NCBI GenBank assembly: GCA_049999805.1
Contig: JBNGIO010006246.1
Coordinates: forward strand, 161,177 to 181,176
Reading direction: 5' to 3'
Origin: Folioceros fuciformis
Taxonomy: Eukaryota
Length of the DNA stretch: 20,000 bases
Shown: positions 19,193-20,000 of the stretch, one piece after another
Position numbering within the stretch: position 1 is the first letter of the stretch
How the letters are laid out: each line of letters opens with the position of its first letter
The notes under the pieces: model-generated
What the model saw: only the letters and a program-made list of their open reading frames with translations
Database searches by the model: none
Told to the model about the DNA's origin: nothing
Made by a program: the position numbers and the translations under genes

Positions 19193-20000
19193 CAAGTTCA
19201 ACTCTCAAAGTGTGATCCTTAAAAATGATATTAAATTATTACATTAATTTATTTTGATGTATCTCAAAGCTAGTCTTCCTTAGTACACTAAAGTATTTGT
19301 TGCTAAGGGTTCAGGAAGTCTTGGAGGGTTTTTAAGAAGTATATTTAAGAGTAGTAGAATATAAAACTTAATATAAAAGATAATTATATTTCTTATATTC
19401 TTTAGAAAAGATGTAAAAGTATGGAAAGTGAAGAATGTAGTTTGTTATGAGAATGAATCTAGAGAAAGACATTCCAAAACATGATCATATTAAAGTAAAG
19501 GAGAAGGACAAAATAAGACAAAATAACATGTGCAAGAAAAACATATGCATCTTGCTTTGTGATCAAAATAAGTTGACACAAATGTACAATAAAACAATGC
19601 TACAACTAATTTAGAGTAGTTTGTTAGTCTATAAGTGATAGCATTCTTTCACCCAATTGCGTAAGTGTTGAAAACAACATGTGAAGAAAAGACCCTTCTA
19701 ATAAACTTGATAGCCCCTAAAATTTATCTTAAAAAAGTTAATTTAATGTTGTTGGATAGGTTGCATACTTTGTCTCTATTACTCACTGAAGTGTTACTCA
19801 CTGAATAGTGAAGCAAAGTGTGCTGACTATTAGCAATGTGACAATATGTACAAAAGAAACACATATTGCATGTTACTTATGTTAGCTATATTAATTTGTG
19901 TTGCAAAAACGTAATCATCAATTTGTTCATGTTCTGATGCTAGCGTAGTAGTACAATATGTGGAGAGTTGTATCACTAAGGAGTTTTTGTGTTTGATCCA

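Noticed and set aside
19193-20000. AT-rich sequence after the gap as a classifiable transposon
   Set aside because: No ORF of 60 aa or more lies wholly within it, and there is no motif I can assign. Adjacency across the gap is also uncertain.

Overview
Eukaryotic land-plant nuclear DNA: mostly ~70-250 bp GT-AG introns, TTTAGGG repeats, PLS-class PPR remnants, very short intergenic spacers and a 100-N scaffold gap. These features suggest a compact non-seed-plant genome such as a hornwort, which is an inference only. Left flank (1-7.9 kb), decayed: a PIF/Harbinger transposon remnant; a near full-length TORNADO1-like LRR-ROC-COR (Roco GTPase) gene broken by one frameshift and one in-frame stop; a PLS-PPR pseudogene fused to a Ty3/gypsy RT-RNaseH fragment through a microhomology. 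Core (7.98-15.94 kb): five tightly packed intact genes. These are plastid GAR transformylase (PUR3/purN), an intronless Tat-targeted thylakoid-lumen protein of cyanobacterial type with unknown function, SECE2, a PBAC5-like proteasome chaperone head-to-head with SECE2 (72 bp between start codons), and a 9-exon GPI-anchored GDPDL/SHV3-like gene. Right flank, non-coding: a 31-bp minisatellite, an interstitial telomeric array with a 22-bp higher-order unit, a cluster of MSA-like AACGG motifs, the gap and AT-rich DNA. All exon structures and family calls were made by eye and from memory of the families; no searches were run.
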